A stretch of 32,000 bases of DNA from Candidatus Brocadia sapporoensis (GCF_001753675.2 NZ_MJUW02000072.1:1-32000); one strand, 5' to 3'; shown: positions 16,735 through 26,820, counted from the first letter of the stretch. The notes: generated by a model from the sequence alone, not told the origin. Translations and numbers: made by a program.

Positions 16735-17712
16735 ATGAAACACGTAATCATAGACCAACAAGGAAAGGCACAATTATATTTTTTGCTGATAGTGTTTATC
16801 AATCTCACAATCTTTTCATTGATTGTTACTGGCGTTGTGATTGGCATCAAAGGGTATATATCTGATACCAGGTCTGTGTATACATCGATAACCTGCTGTG
16901 AGAGTATCTGCTCAACATGTTTTTTTACCTTGCATACCATAGCTACGATACTTCCCTGGGTCTGCATTGTAATACTTTTTGTTGGAATATGTGCAGCCAT
17001 TTATAAAGCGCTATACATACCCTATAGAAATAACAGCTTGATCCACTCTCTCCCGTCTCTTTCCATTGAGTGCTATCCCAAATTAAAAAATATTGCTCAC
17101 CGTATGCACTTTCACAATCAACTTGTGCTTTTAGACAACAGCGAATTACGTTACGCTTTTACATCGGGACTATGGAAGCCAAAAGTATATATATCTCTGG
17201 GCTTGTGTTTTTATTTAACAAGAAAGGAACTCCAGGCCGTACTCCTTCACGAGGCTCAACATAAAAAGAACAAAGATCCATTAAAATTATTTATTATACA
17301 AATATTGTATGCACTCAATTTTTTCCTTCCGATTAATCATTATTTGTTAGATCAATTTTCTTCCGCATCGGAGAAGGCAGCAGATGATAGCGCTGTAAAT
17401 GTTTCCAGAGAGCCTATAGAACTGGCGAGCGCACTTGTAAAGATATGCAAATCTAATCAAACAGCAGCGTTATATCCATTTGTCTCTTATTTCAAAGGAC
17501 AAAATGTTACAGAAGACCGAGTAAGACGTTTGCTGGAGCCGCAGATGCCTCCCCCCGATCTTTTTAAAGTTTACCTGTATTCTTCCAGTTTTTTATCTCT
17601 TTTTATTGCTACGATATTATTTTTGTCTTTATTTTATAAATTCTTACTACCTGCGTATGCCCCTGACTGTGCAGCTAAAACATGTCACATAGTCAGGTGC
17701 GGACAATCCTAA
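16735..17712 (+). CDS. BlaR1-like M56 family membrane metalloprotease
   Basis: Multiple hydrophobic segments, VLLHEAQHKKNKDPLKLF (HExxH), EKAADDSAV. 15 bp downstream of the BlaI-like gene. Confidence 0.88.
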   Translation: MKHVIIDQQGKAQLYFLLIVFINLTIFSLIVTGVVIGIKGYISDTRSVYTSITCCESICSTCFFTLHTIATILPWVCIVILFVGICAAIYKALYIPYRNNSLIHSLPSLSIECYPKLKNIAHRMHFHNQLVLLDNSELRYAFTSGLWKPKVYISLGLCFYLTRKELQAVLLHEAQHKKNKDPLKLFIIQILYALNFFLPINHYLLDQFSSASEKAADDSAVNVSREPIELASALVKICKSNQTAALYPFVSYFKGQNVTEDRVRRLLEPQMPPPDLFKVYLYSSSFLSLFIATILFLSLFYKFLLPAYAPDCAAKTCHIVRCGQS

Positions 17713-17722
17713 TTTACAATAT

Positions 17723-19054
17723 ATGAATAGAATACTATCAAAAATATTTGTTCTCGTCTCCATCCTGCTTGTTTCTCATGCCATCGCCATTGCCCAGGAC
17801 AAATACAACATTACGGCTGTGAAACAAACGAACAACAAGAACGTTATTATTGAAATGAGTGAGACGGACGCCCCCTTGGACTTAAAATGGTTGATTCAGG
17901 AGGCAATGGAACATAATCCGGAAATTATTGCAGCTCAAAAACGTTTAAACGCTGCAAAAGCAAAGATTTCACAAGCTAAATCCTTGGACGACCCTAATAT
18001 CAGTATTGGTTCTTATCGGGCGTCTAATAGCCCCATTAGTGCCGAAGGTCAAGCCGATTTTTTTTCACGGCAACTTGGCGCATCCCAAAAGATACCTTTT
18101 CCTGGGAAACTGCGTTATAGAGGTGAGGTGGCTGCAGAAGAATCTAAAATAGTGGAAAAAGACCTGCAGTCTAAAATACAGGAAATTATAGCCCTTGTAA
18201 AATCTGCTTTTTACGAACTTTATTACATTAACAATGCTATTGACATTACGGACGAAAACAGAGAGCTATTGCGCAAGTTTGCTAAGATCGCAGAAACAAA
18301 ATATTCCGTAGGTAAGGCAACCCAGAGGGATGCGCTTGCAGCACAGGTCGAATTGTCTACCTTGGCTAATAATCTCATTGTTTTGAACAAGGAAAGGGAA
18401 TCAATTATCGCCCGATTAAACATCTTATTGGACAGACCCACACAGACCCCTTTGGGGAAACCCCGCTCTTTTGAAAAGCATACCCTTAATTTAACAATAA
18501 AAGAATTAGAAGGCCTTGCAGTTAATAATAGTCCGGAGCTTAAAAAGTTTGACCATGCTATTAAGAAGAATGAAGCGTCCTTAAAACTTTCAAAAAAGGA
18601 TTATTACTTTTCAGACATTGAACCCATGGTTGAATATATGCAAATGGATGGAATGCCTGACGCATGGACTACAAAACTTACTTTTAATGTACCATGGTTG
18701 TGGTCTAAAAACCGGTCGAAGGTTAAGGAGGCCAATGAAGATCTTTCCGCTGCCAGGTCTGATTATCGCTTCATTAACAATAAGACTTTTTTTGAGATAA
18801 AAGATTTTTTAACCAAAATACACTCCTCTGAAAGCACAACAAATCTTTATGAGACAGGCGTTATTCCTCAGGCCGAACAATCATTAAAGGCCGCGCGCAT
18901 TGGATACGAAACAGACAAGGCAGATTTTCTTACCCTGATCGACAGCCAACGGATTCTTTTAAACTCAAGACTACTTTACTATAGGGCACTGACCGATTAT
19001 GAGCAAAACCTGGCAAACATGGAAAGGGCTATAGGAATGCAGTTGACGCAATAA
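17723..19054 (+). CDS. TolC/CusC-like outer-membrane efflux protein
   Basis: LKWLIQEAMEHNPEIIAAQKRLNAAKAKISQAKSLDDPNISIG, long coiled-coil segments, YEQNLANMERAIGMQL. Confidence 0.9.
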   Translation: MNRILSKIFVLVSILLVSHAIAIAQDKYNITAVKQTNNKNVIIEMSETDAPLDLKWLIQEAMEHNPEIIAAQKRLNAAKAKISQAKSLDDPNISIGSYRASNSPISAEGQADFFSRQLGASQKIPFPGKLRYRGEVAAEESKIVEKDLQSKIQEIIALVKSAFYELYYINNAIDITDENRELLRKFAKIAETKYSVGKATQRDALAAQVELSTLANNLIVLNKERESIIARLNILLDRPTQTPLGKPRSFEKHTLNLTIKELEGLAVNNSPELKKFDHAIKKNEASLKLSKKDYYFSDIEPMVEYMQMDGMPDAWTTKLTFNVPWLWSKNRSKVKEANEDLSAARSDYRFINNKTFFEIKDFLTKIHSSESTTNLYETGVIPQAEQSLKAARIGYETDKADFLTLIDSQRILLNSRLLYYRALTDYEQNLANMERAIGMQLTQ

Positions 19055-19160
19055 AACCCGTGCTTAGCTTTCTGCCATTAATGATATACCAAAGCTAATT
19101 GCTAATTGTCGATTGCTGATGGCTGAGCACTTATCATAAAAGTTAAGAAAGGAACGTTAT

Positions 19161-21272
19161 ATGTCTTTCAAACAATTTCTTCAAAAACACAAATATTTCG
19201 ATAAAAAAGGGTGGCATGGACAAACTTGTTTGTCCATGCCTGGCTTGATGTTTAGAAATTTTAAACTGATGGTACAACCGTCCCGGTTGCGCAAAGAAAA
19301 AAATCACCGAAGGCGTACTTTCATCAAACCTACGCTTGCTATCCTTAGTATCCTTTCCAGCATTTATGCACAGCACCTTGTAGTGATAAGGCGCACCTTG
19401 CCACCACAAGACGTATTCAGCCTTGTTTCTTCCGCAAACGCTGAAGAAGCAAAGGAAAAGAAGATACTCTACTGGACATGCGGAATGCACCCTTCCGTGA
19501 AAATGGATAAACCCGGTAAATGTCCTATTTGTGCAATGGACCTCGTTCCGGTTTATGAAAAAGGAGTAGCTGGTGAAAAAGAAGAAGGCACACTGACTAC
19601 CGTAGAACTGGGTGAACGTGCCCGTAAACTGGCGCGTGTCAAAACGGACGTTATTACTTATCGGTCATTAACCAAAGATATTTATACGGTAGGATTGATA
19701 GATTATGATGAAAGACTTACGGCCTTTGTGTCGGCGTGGATCCCGGGCAGAATTGATAAACTCTTTGTTGATTTCACTGGCACAGAAGTAGTAAAAGACG
19801 AAGCCATGGTCTGGATATACAGCCCGGAACTGGTATCTACACAGGAAGAATATCTTTTAGCATGTGAGACCCTGGAAAAAGTAAAGAAAAGCCCCTTCCC
19901 AGAAGTAATAAATGGCGCTAAATCACTTATTGATGCATCCAGAAGGAGATTATTATGGTGGGGTGTCACAGAAAAACAGATTTCAGAGCTTATAAAAGAT
20001 AAAAAGGTAAAGCAACATACGATCATATATGCCCCTATCAGCGGTACTGTTATCGAGAAAAAAGTGCTGGAAGGCCAATACGTTATGCAAGGCGGGATGA
20101 TATACACGGTTGCCGATCTTTCGAACATATGGATGAAGGCCAATGTTTATGAATATGAAATGGCATGGGTAAAGGTTGGGCAGGAAGTAGAGATCACGAC
20201 CCCCGCATATCCGGGAGAGGCTTTTATTGGGAAAGTTGCCTTTATAGAGCCGTTCCTTGACGATAAGACACGCTCGGTAAAGATTCGCTGCGATATCCCT
20301 AATCATCAGCTAAAACTCAAACCATCAATGTACGTCAACGCCCGCATACGGATACCGGTTGAAGAACTTGGAAGTGAAGGTGAACGTTATGTGAGTGGAC
20401 TGGATTACTTCTGTCCCAATCATCCGGAAATTAAATCCAGCAGACCGGGCATATGCCCTGAAGATAATCTCCCCTTTGCAAAGAAATCCCCTTCGCAAAT
20501 AGAACTAGTTACTGCTGCCAGTATGGCTTCGTCGCAAGGAGAAATTGAGTATGAATATGTATGTCCCATGGAATGCTACAGCTCCAAAGAACCCGGTAAT
20601 TGCCCAGTGTGCGGCATGAAGCTTGAGAAGGCAACTGTTAAGGCTTTAGGCAAGAAGTTAACATGCATTTGTCCACAAGAATGGGATCCAAAGGCAGCGC
20701 CAAAATCATGCCCTATATGCGGTATGTTACTAAAAAAGAGTATGACGATAACCTTGCCTAACGGTGAAGAAAAACATAAATTCGTGTATATGTGTCCGAT
20801 GGCGTGTATGACCTCTGAGAAACCAGGAGAATGTCCTGATTGTAAAAGGCAGATGGGCAGATGGGAGGTCAAAGAAGGGTTAAGGATAACAGCGCAAAAA
20901 ATAGAACTCAAAAGACGCAGCGTTTATGCCTGCCCCATGCATCCGGAGATAGTTTCCAATCAACCAGGGAATTGTAATAAATGCGGAATGAATCTTGGAA
21001 AAACTATCCAGGTGCTTGCCATCCCAGCCACCGCAGTGTTAGACACAGGCATACGAAAGATTGTTTATATCGATAAAGACAATGGACAATATATAGGAAA
21101 AGAAGTCGCTCTTGGTCTAAAAGCGGGTGATTACTATCCCATCTTGGATGGACTTGAAGAGGGAGATAAAGTGGTTACATCCGCAAACTTCCTCATCGAC
21201 TCCCAGAGTCAGCTTACCGGCGGAGCCAGCGCTTTGTACGGAGGATCGATGGAATTTAAGGAAGAAAAATAA
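19161..21272 (+). CDS. CusB-like RND periplasmic adaptor with six heavy-metal-binding modules
   Basis: Adaptor core (IYAPISGTVIEKKVLEGQYVMQGGMIYTVADLSNIWMKANVYE) plus repeated C..(M/H)...PG.C..C.M.L modules. Confidence 0.9.
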   Translation: MSFKQFLQKHKYFDKKGWHGQTCLSMPGLMFRNFKLMVQPSRLRKEKNHRRRTFIKPTLAILSILSSIYAQHLVVIRRTLPPQDVFSLVSSANAEEAKEKKILYWTCGMHPSVKMDKPGKCPICAMDLVPVYEKGVAGEKEEGTLTTVELGERARKLARVKTDVITYRSLTKDIYTVGLIDYDERLTAFVSAWIPGRIDKLFVDFTGTEVVKDEAMVWIYSPELVSTQEEYLLACETLEKVKKSPFPEVINGAKSLIDASRRRLLWWGVTEKQISELIKDKKVKQHTIIYAPISGTVIEKKVLEGQYVMQGGMIYTVADLSNIWMKANVYEYEMAWVKVGQEVEITTPAYPGEAFIGKVAFIEPFLDDKTRSVKIRCDIPNHQLKLKPSMYVNARIRIPVEELGSEGERYVSGLDYFCPNHPEIKSSRPGICPEDNLPFAKKSPSQIELVTAASMASSQGEIEYEYVCPMECYSSKEPGNCPVCGMKLEKATVKALGKKLTCICPQEWDPKAAPKSCPICGMLLKKSMTITLPNGEEKHKFVYMCPMACMTSEKPGECPDCKRQMGRWEVKEGLRITAQKIELKRRSVYACPMHPEIVSNQPGNCNKCGMNLGKTIQVLAIPATAVLDTGIRKIVYIDKDNGQYIGKEVALGLKAGDYYPILDGLEEGDKVVTSANFLIDSQSQLTGGASALYGGSMEFKEEK
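20404..21010 (+). repeat. Five tandem divergent heavy-metal-binding modules inside the adaptor CDS
   Basis: YFCPNHPEIKSSRPGICPEDNLPF; YVCPMECYSSKEPGNCPVCGMKL; CICPQEWDPKAAPKSCPICGMLL; YMCPMACMTSEKPGECPDCKRQMG; YACPMHPEIVSNQPGNCNKCGMNLG. A sixth module, WTCGMHPSVKMDKPGKCPICAMDL, lies near the N-terminus at about 19469-19545. Confidence 0.85.
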
Positions 21273-21365
21273 TCTTTGAAACCACCGATTACACAGACAA
21301 ATACAGACATTCTGTAATTTCTCTTTCAATGCAAAAAAATTTTAAAGTTTCTCATTGTACCATTT

Positions 21366-21433
21366 ACCCACCCCTAAATCCCCTCCCAAGAGGGACTTTG
21401 TAATTCCCCTCTCGGGAGGGGCCAGGGGTGGGT
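21366..21433. repeat. Long imperfect inverted repeat / cruciform-forming intergenic element
   Basis: ACCCACCCCT/AGGGGTGGGT (10 bp), CCCCTCCC/GGGAGGGG (8 bp) and AGAGGG/CCCTCT (6 bp) nest as one hairpin with small internal loops. Confidence 0.85.
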
Positions 21434-21592
21434 GGAATGTCGTTGGGTTTTTGTCTTTTAAAACCCAACCTAATTTATGGAGAAGAATCTCTTCACTACA
21501 GAAGATTCGTGAATTAATTTTAAATATAGGCTTTGATTAAAAATAGGCCAGAAATCTGTGTAAGCTGTGAAATCTGTGGTTACAAAATTAGT

Positions 21593-24500
21593 ATGATCAA
21601 TAAACTCATTGAACTCTGCCTCAAAAACCGGTTCCTCATCATCTGCTTCTACCTTCTGGTGATATTTGGTGGCGTCTTTGGTTTAAAGAATATCAACATG
21701 GATGTCATTCCGGATATCGGTGAAAACCAGTGCATCATCTTTACCGATTGGCCAGGACGCAGTCCCCAGGACGTAGAAGATCAGGTCACCTACCCCCTGA
21801 CGGTTAATCTGCTTGGAGTACCCGGCGTAAAAGTTATACGCTCCCAATCAGGCTTTGGCTTTTCCATGATATTTATTGTCTTCCAGGAAAAGATTGATTT
21901 TTACTGGGCGCGCTCTCGTGTGTTGGAGAGGTTAAATTTTGTACAAGCGTTGCTTCCAAAAGATGTTGTCCCCCGATTGGGTCCAGATGCCACGGGACTT
22001 GGTCAGATTTTCTGGTATACCGTGGAAGGCGAAGGATATGACCTTGGACAACTGCGTTCCATACAGGACTGGTTTATTCGCTATCAACTTAATGCTGTGG
22101 AAGGCGTTTCAGAAGTCGCAGGAGTTGGTGGTTTTGTCAGACAATACCAGGTCGATGTCGATCCCAATAAATTGCTGGCATACCGTTTAACAGTGGGAAA
22201 CGTGTATGAAGCCGTGCGCAAGAGTAACATCGACGTAGGCGCCAAGGTCGTAGAAAGCAATAATATGGAGTTTATCGTCCGTGGACTTGGATTCATAAAA
22301 AACGTTTCCGATATTGAAAATATCACGGTGGGCAGTTATAACGGTGTGCCCATTTTCGTCAAAAACGTAGGTATTGTGCAGGTTGGGGGTGATTTCAGAC
22401 GCGGGGCGTTGGATAAGGAAGGCGCCGAGGTTGCTGGCGGCATTGTCCTCATGCGACAGGGGCAAAACCCCCTGGAGGTGATTAAAAGGATAAAAAAGAA
22501 GATGAAAGAGATTGCGCCGGGGTTGCCGCCGGGCGTAAAGATCGTGCCCTTTTATGACAGGGAAGGTCTTATCTACCGGGTTATTGATACCCTGAGAGAG
22601 GCGCTGATAGAAGAGATCATCATCACTTCCCTGGTTGTAGCGATTTTCCTCTTACATGTCCGGAGTATTTTTATCTGCTGTCTCGGATTCCCTATATCCA
22701 TACTTGTTTCATTCCTGGGCATGTATTTTATGGGTATCGACTCAAACATCATGTCCCTCACAGGTATCGCCATTGCAATTGGTGAGGTAAGCGATATGAG
22801 CATCGTCATGACGGAGAATATCTTCAGAAATCTCATAGAACAAAAGGATAAGAAAAGCAGACCGCAGATCATCCTTGACGCCTCGAAAGAGGTTGGCAGT
22901 TCCATTTTCTTCGCTGCTTTAACCACCATATTTATGTTCTTTCCGGTATTTGGTCTCACCGGGCAGGAAGGAAAGCTCTTTAAACCGCTGGCGTGGACAA
23001 AGACCTTTGCCATTGGGGCATCGGTTGTTATGGCAATTACCCTGGTGCCTATACTTTGTACCTTTCTGTTAAAAGGTAAACTAAGGCCTATGGAGGAGAA
23101 TTTTTCCTCCAGGATGCTTTTGAATGGTTATCAACCCGTGCTTAGGTGGGTGTTGGATCATAAGAAGACGTTCCTTGCTATCCCGCTTGCCATTGTCGTT
23201 TCATCTGTCTTTGTGGCAAAAAGGATTGGGAGGGAGTTCATGCCGCCCCTGGACGAAGGTTCTATCCTGTTTATGCCGGTGATGCTACCCAGCGTGGCCT
23301 TAACGGATGCCTTCAGGGTCATGCAGAAACAGGATATGATAATAAAATCCTTTCCGGAAATAGATATAGCAGTTGGAAAATTAGGGAGGGCGGAAACCCC
23401 TACAGACCCGGCGCCCGTCGAGATGTTTGAGACCGTTGTTACCCTAAAACCAAGGGAAGAATGGCGTAAAAAGAAGATCGAATACAAATTTTTAAACTAT
23501 GTGCCCCCCCTCTTTCATCCCCTTTTTCATTGGATTTTGCCAGACGAGCGAACGATTACCAAGCAGGAACTCATCAAGGAAATGGATGAAGCTTTAAGGA
23601 TACCTGGTGTTGCAAACATATGGACACAGCCCATCATAAATCGTGTGGACATGCTGGCAACGGGAATTCGTACATCGGTTGGTGTCAAGATATTTGGAAC
23701 GGACCTGAACGTATTGCAACAATTGGCCATTGACATTGAAAAAGCGCTACAGGATGTGCCCGGTGTTGCGGATCTTTATGCAGAAAGGATCACAGGAAAA
23801 CCATATCTGGAATATCATATTAAACGGGAGGAAATCGCCCGCTATGGTATCAATATCCAGGATGTGCAGGATGTTATTGAATCTGCTATTGGAGGAGAAA
23901 ATATTTCCACAACGGTAGAGGGACGCGAGCGCTATCCCATACGGGTCAGATACGCCCGGGAACTGAGGGACAATTTTGACGCGCTAAAAAAGATTTATGT
24001 TCCAAGCTCTGGAGGTCAACGTATTCCTATTACACAGGTCACCGATATACGTTACGTAATGGGACCGGCCATGATCAGCAGCGAGAATGCCCTCCTGAGG
24101 GCTTATGTCCTAATGAATGTCCGCGGTAAAGATCCAATGAGCTTTGTAGAAGAGGCATCCAGGGTCGTGTCGCAAAAAGTTATGTTGCCTCATGGGTACT
24201 TTGTTCAATGGAGCGGTCAGTTTGAAAATCAGATCAGGGCCAGAAAGAGATTGCAAATCCTTGTGCCTTTATCCATGGTTGTTGGCTTTCTCCTGATTTT
24301 TATGGCCTTTAAATCATTCCCGCAAACAATGTTTATCCTGTTTGCCGGTATACCAACGGCCATTGCAGGTGGTGTCTGGCTTCAATACCTGTTTGGCTAT
24401 AACTTCAGCGTCGCTGTCTGGGTAGGTTTTATCTCTATCTTTGGTATTGTGGATGACGATTCCGTCCTTATTACTACCTATATTAACGATCTGTTTGGTA

Positions 24501-24802
24501 AAAGGAAGATGAAAAGTATCCATGATATCCGTGATACAATTCTGATGGCGGGCACACGAAGGATACGGCCATGTGTAATGACGGCTGCCACCACCTTTAT
24601 TGGACTTATACCTATCCTGTGGGAAACTGGCGCCGGCGCAGAGGTTGCCAAACCCATGGCAATTCCATCTATCGGGGGTATGGCCATGGCATTGGTCAGC
24701 GTCTTCATCATCCCCTGCCTGAATGCCTGGCACAAGGAACGTAAGTTTTTGAAAGCCGTAAAGCAAAACCCCGGAATTAAGGAGACCGGAGTTTTTGTGT
24801 AA
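21593..24802 (+). CDS. CusA/CzcA-like heavy-metal RND efflux pump
   Basis: MINKLIELCLKNRFLIICFYLL...NMDVIPDIGENQCIIFTDWPGRSPQDVEDQVTYPL; GIAIAIGEVSDMSIVMTENIFRNL; C-terminal RND helices. The ORF extends upstream to 21533, but the MINK start gives the typical N-terminus. Confidence 0.93.
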   Translation: MINKLIELCLKNRFLIICFYLLVIFGGVFGLKNINMDVIPDIGENQCIIFTDWPGRSPQDVEDQVTYPLTVNLLGVPGVKVIRSQSGFGFSMIFIVFQEKIDFYWARSRVLERLNFVQALLPKDVVPRLGPDATGLGQIFWYTVEGEGYDLGQLRSIQDWFIRYQLNAVEGVSEVAGVGGFVRQYQVDVDPNKLLAYRLTVGNVYEAVRKSNIDVGAKVVESNNMEFIVRGLGFIKNVSDIENITVGSYNGVPIFVKNVGIVQVGGDFRRGALDKEGAEVAGGIVLMRQGQNPLEVIKRIKKKMKEIAPGLPPGVKIVPFYDREGLIYRVIDTLREALIEEIIITSLVVAIFLLHVRSIFICCLGFPISILVSFLGMYFMGIDSNIMSLTGIAIAIGEVSDMSIVMTENIFRNLIEQKDKKSRPQIILDASKEVGSSIFFAALTTIFMFFPVFGLTGQEGKLFKPLAWTKTFAIGASVVMAITLVPILCTFLLKGKLRPMEENFSSRMLLNGYQPVLRWVLDHKKTFLAIPLAIVVSSVFVAKRIGREFMPPLDEGSILFMPVMLPSVALTDAFRVMQKQDMIIKSFPEIDIAVGKLGRAETPTDPAPVEMFETVVTLKPREEWRKKKIEYKFLNYVPPLFHPLFHWILPDERTITKQELIKEMDEALRIPGVANIWTQPIINRVDMLATGIRTSVGVKIFGTDLNVLQQLAIDIEKALQDVPGVADLYAERITGKPYLEYHIKREEIARYGINIQDVQDVIESAIGGENISTTVEGRERYPIRVRYARELRDNFDALKKIYVPSSGGQRIPITQVTDIRYVMGPAMISSENALLRAYVLMNVRGKDPMSFVEEASRVVSQKVMLPHGYFVQWSGQFENQIRARKRLQILVPLSMVVGFLLIFMAFKSFPQTMFILFAGIPTAIAGGVWLQYLFGYNFSVAVWVGFISIFGIVDDDSVLITTYINDLFGKRKMKSIHDIRDTILMAGTRRIRPCVMTAATTFIGLIPILWETGAGAEVAKPMAIPSIGGMAMALVSVFIIPCLNAWHKERKFLKAVKQNPGIKETGVFV

Positions 24803-24979
24803 TCAGACTGTTGTGTCGAAAATATATTTTTAATCAGAAAAGTTTTTTAAAAAAATAGAACATGCAGTTGAAGGACTGTATGAAATAACAGGAACATAGC
24901 AAAGCCTTTGGGCGACAAGCTGCAGCCGGCCTTTTGATTCTGTTTAAATGCGCATTGATTAGAAACAGCGAATCTCATA

Positions 24980-26665
24980 TTACGTCCTGGTCAAATGACG
25001 GTATTTAATACGGTGGGGCTGATCGGCAGCAATGCCAAGGCGTTTTTTTCTATCCGCCTCGTAATCGGAATAGTTTCCTTCAAACCAGACCACCTTGCTG
25101 TCTCCTTCGAAGGCGAGGATATGGGTGGCAATTCGGTCCAGAAACCAGCGGTCGTGGCTGATCACCAGCACACAACCAGAAAAATTTTCCAGGGCATCTT
25201 CCAGTGCCCTCATGGTATTCACGTCAAGATCGTTCGTAGGTTCGTCCAACAGTAGCACATTGGCCCCCTCTTTCAGGATACAGGCAAGATGCACCCTGTT
25301 CCGCTCCCCTCCTGACAAACTGTTCACAGGTTTCTGCTGGTCGGTGCCGGAAAAATTGAAACGCGCCACATATGCCCGTGAATTGACTTCCCTGTTACCA
25401 AGCTTGATAATATCGCGTCCTCCGGAAATGATCTCCCATATCGTCTTTTTCGGATCAAGGGTCGTACGGCTTTGGTCAACATACCCAAGCGTAACCGATT
25501 CCCCAACCCGAATGGAGCCCGTATCCGGTTTCTCCTGGCCGGTAATCATACGAAAGAGGGTCGTTTTTCCGGCTCCGTTCGGGCCGATGATTCCCACAAT
25601 CCCGCCGCGTGGCAGGGAAAACGTCATTCCCTCCATCAGGATGTTATCCCCGTACGCCTTGACGACGTTATCTGCTTCAATAACCAAATTTCCTAGTCGG
25701 GGGCCGGAAGGGATGTAGATTTCCAAATCCTTTACCCGGGTTTCGTTCTGCTGTTCAAGAAGAGATTCATAAGATTTAATACGCGCCTTCGATTTTGCAT
25801 GTCTGCCCTTCGGGGACATTCTGATCCATTCAAGCTCACGCTGCAGGGTCTTTTGTCGCTCGGTTTCCTGCTTCTCCTCCTGCTGTAATCTCTTTTGCTT
25901 TTGTTCAAGCCACGACGAATAGTTTCCCTTCCAGGGGATTCCATACCCCCTGTCCAGTTCCAGAATCCAGCCGGCTACATTATCGAGAAAATAACGGTCA
26001 TGGGTTACGGCTATGATAGTTCCCTCATAAGCCTGTAAATGGTGCTCCAGCCAGGCAACGGTCTCGGCGTCAAGATGATTCGTCGGTTCATCCAGCAGTA
26101 AAATGTCCGGCTTTTTGAGTAATAACCTGCATAGCGCTACACGGCGCCGTTCACCACCGGATAAAACCTTTACCGGAACATTCCCTTCGGGGCAACGCAG
26201 TGCATCCATCGCCATTTCCAGTCTGGCATCCAGATCCCATGCACCCAGGGTATCGATCTTTTCCTGCACTTCACCCTGTCGCTCAATCAGTTTATTCATG
26301 TCTTCGTCTGACATCGGCTCGGCAAACCGTTCGTTGATCTGGTTATATTCCTTGTGCAGATCTACCAGTTCCTGCACCCCTTGTTCCACAATTTCCCGCA
26401 CCGTTTTTGTCTCATCCAGATGTGGTTCTTGTTCCAAAAATCCCACCGAATAACCGGGAGAAAGGGTTACCTGTCCGTTAAAATCCTTATCCACTCCGGC
26501 AAGAATGCGCAGGAGGGAACTCTTCCCTGATCCGTTTAGTCCCAGTACGCCAATTTTTGCGCCGTAAAAATATGAAAGAGAAATATCTTTCAATACGGGT
26601 TTTTTTTCATAGTGTTTGCTCACCTTAAACATGGAATAGATAATTTTATCCGGCTGATTACTCAT
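24980..26665 (-). CDS. ettA: ABC-F ATPase, energy-dependent translational throttle protein EttA-like
   Basis: Two ABC cassettes (GLNGSGKSSLLRILAG / GPNGAGKTTLFRMITG), signatures LSGGERRRVALCRLLL and LSGGERNRVHLACIL, 561 aa, EttA-like N-terminus. Confidence 0.93.
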   Translation of the reverse strand: MSNQPDKIIYSMFKVSKHYEKKPVLKDISLSYFYGAKIGVLGLNGSGKSSLLRILAGVDKDFNGQVTLSPGYSVGFLEQEPHLDETKTVREIVEQGVQELVDLHKEYNQINERFAEPMSDEDMNKLIERQGEVQEKIDTLGAWDLDARLEMAMDALRCPEGNVPVKVLSGGERRRVALCRLLLKKPDILLLDEPTNHLDAETVAWLEHHLQAYEGTIIAVTHDRYFLDNVAGWILELDRGYGIPWKGNYSSWLEQKQKRLQQEEKQETERQKTLQRELEWIRMSPKGRHAKSKARIKSYESLLEQQNETRVKDLEIYIPSGPRLGNLVIEADNVVKAYGDNILMEGMTFSLPRGGIVGIIGPNGAGKTTLFRMITGQEKPDTGSIRVGESVTLGYVDQSRTTLDPKKTIWEIISGGRDIIKLGNREVNSRAYVARFNFSGTDQQKPVNSLSGGERNRVHLACILKEGANVLLLDEPTNDLDVNTMRALEDALENFSGCVLVISHDRWFLDRIATHILAFEGDSKVVWFEGNYSDYEADRKKRLGIAADQPHRIKYRHLTRT

Positions 26666-26820
26666 AAAGATGTCTCTTGAGAAAGATTATTGAATTTCAT
26701 ACCACAATCGGAATAACTTGAGGAGGTATCTGTAAAGCAACTGCGAATTAAAGACAGTTTACGACAAATGGATTAAGCGAAACGAATCCACCGCTTCATT
26801 TCTAGAAAAAAACAACCAGG

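Noticed and set aside
16285-17712. Beta-lactam resistance regulatory pair (BlaI/BlaR1)
   Set aside because: The M56 protein lacks space for a penicillin-binding sensor domain, there is no beta-lactamase nearby, and the downstream genes form a metal RND system.
21355-21540. 61-aa ORF between adaptor and RND genes
   Set aside because: Its sequence is mainly the translated inverted repeat (TPKSPPKRDFVIPLSGGARGG) and is better explained as a repeat element.
24901-24945. Possible bidirectional terminator between the convergent RND and ettA genes (aaagcctttgggcgacaagctgcagccggccttttg)
   Set aside because: The arms do not pair cleanly (AAAGCC does not complement GGCCTTTT); only the short GCTGCAGC core is self-complementary.
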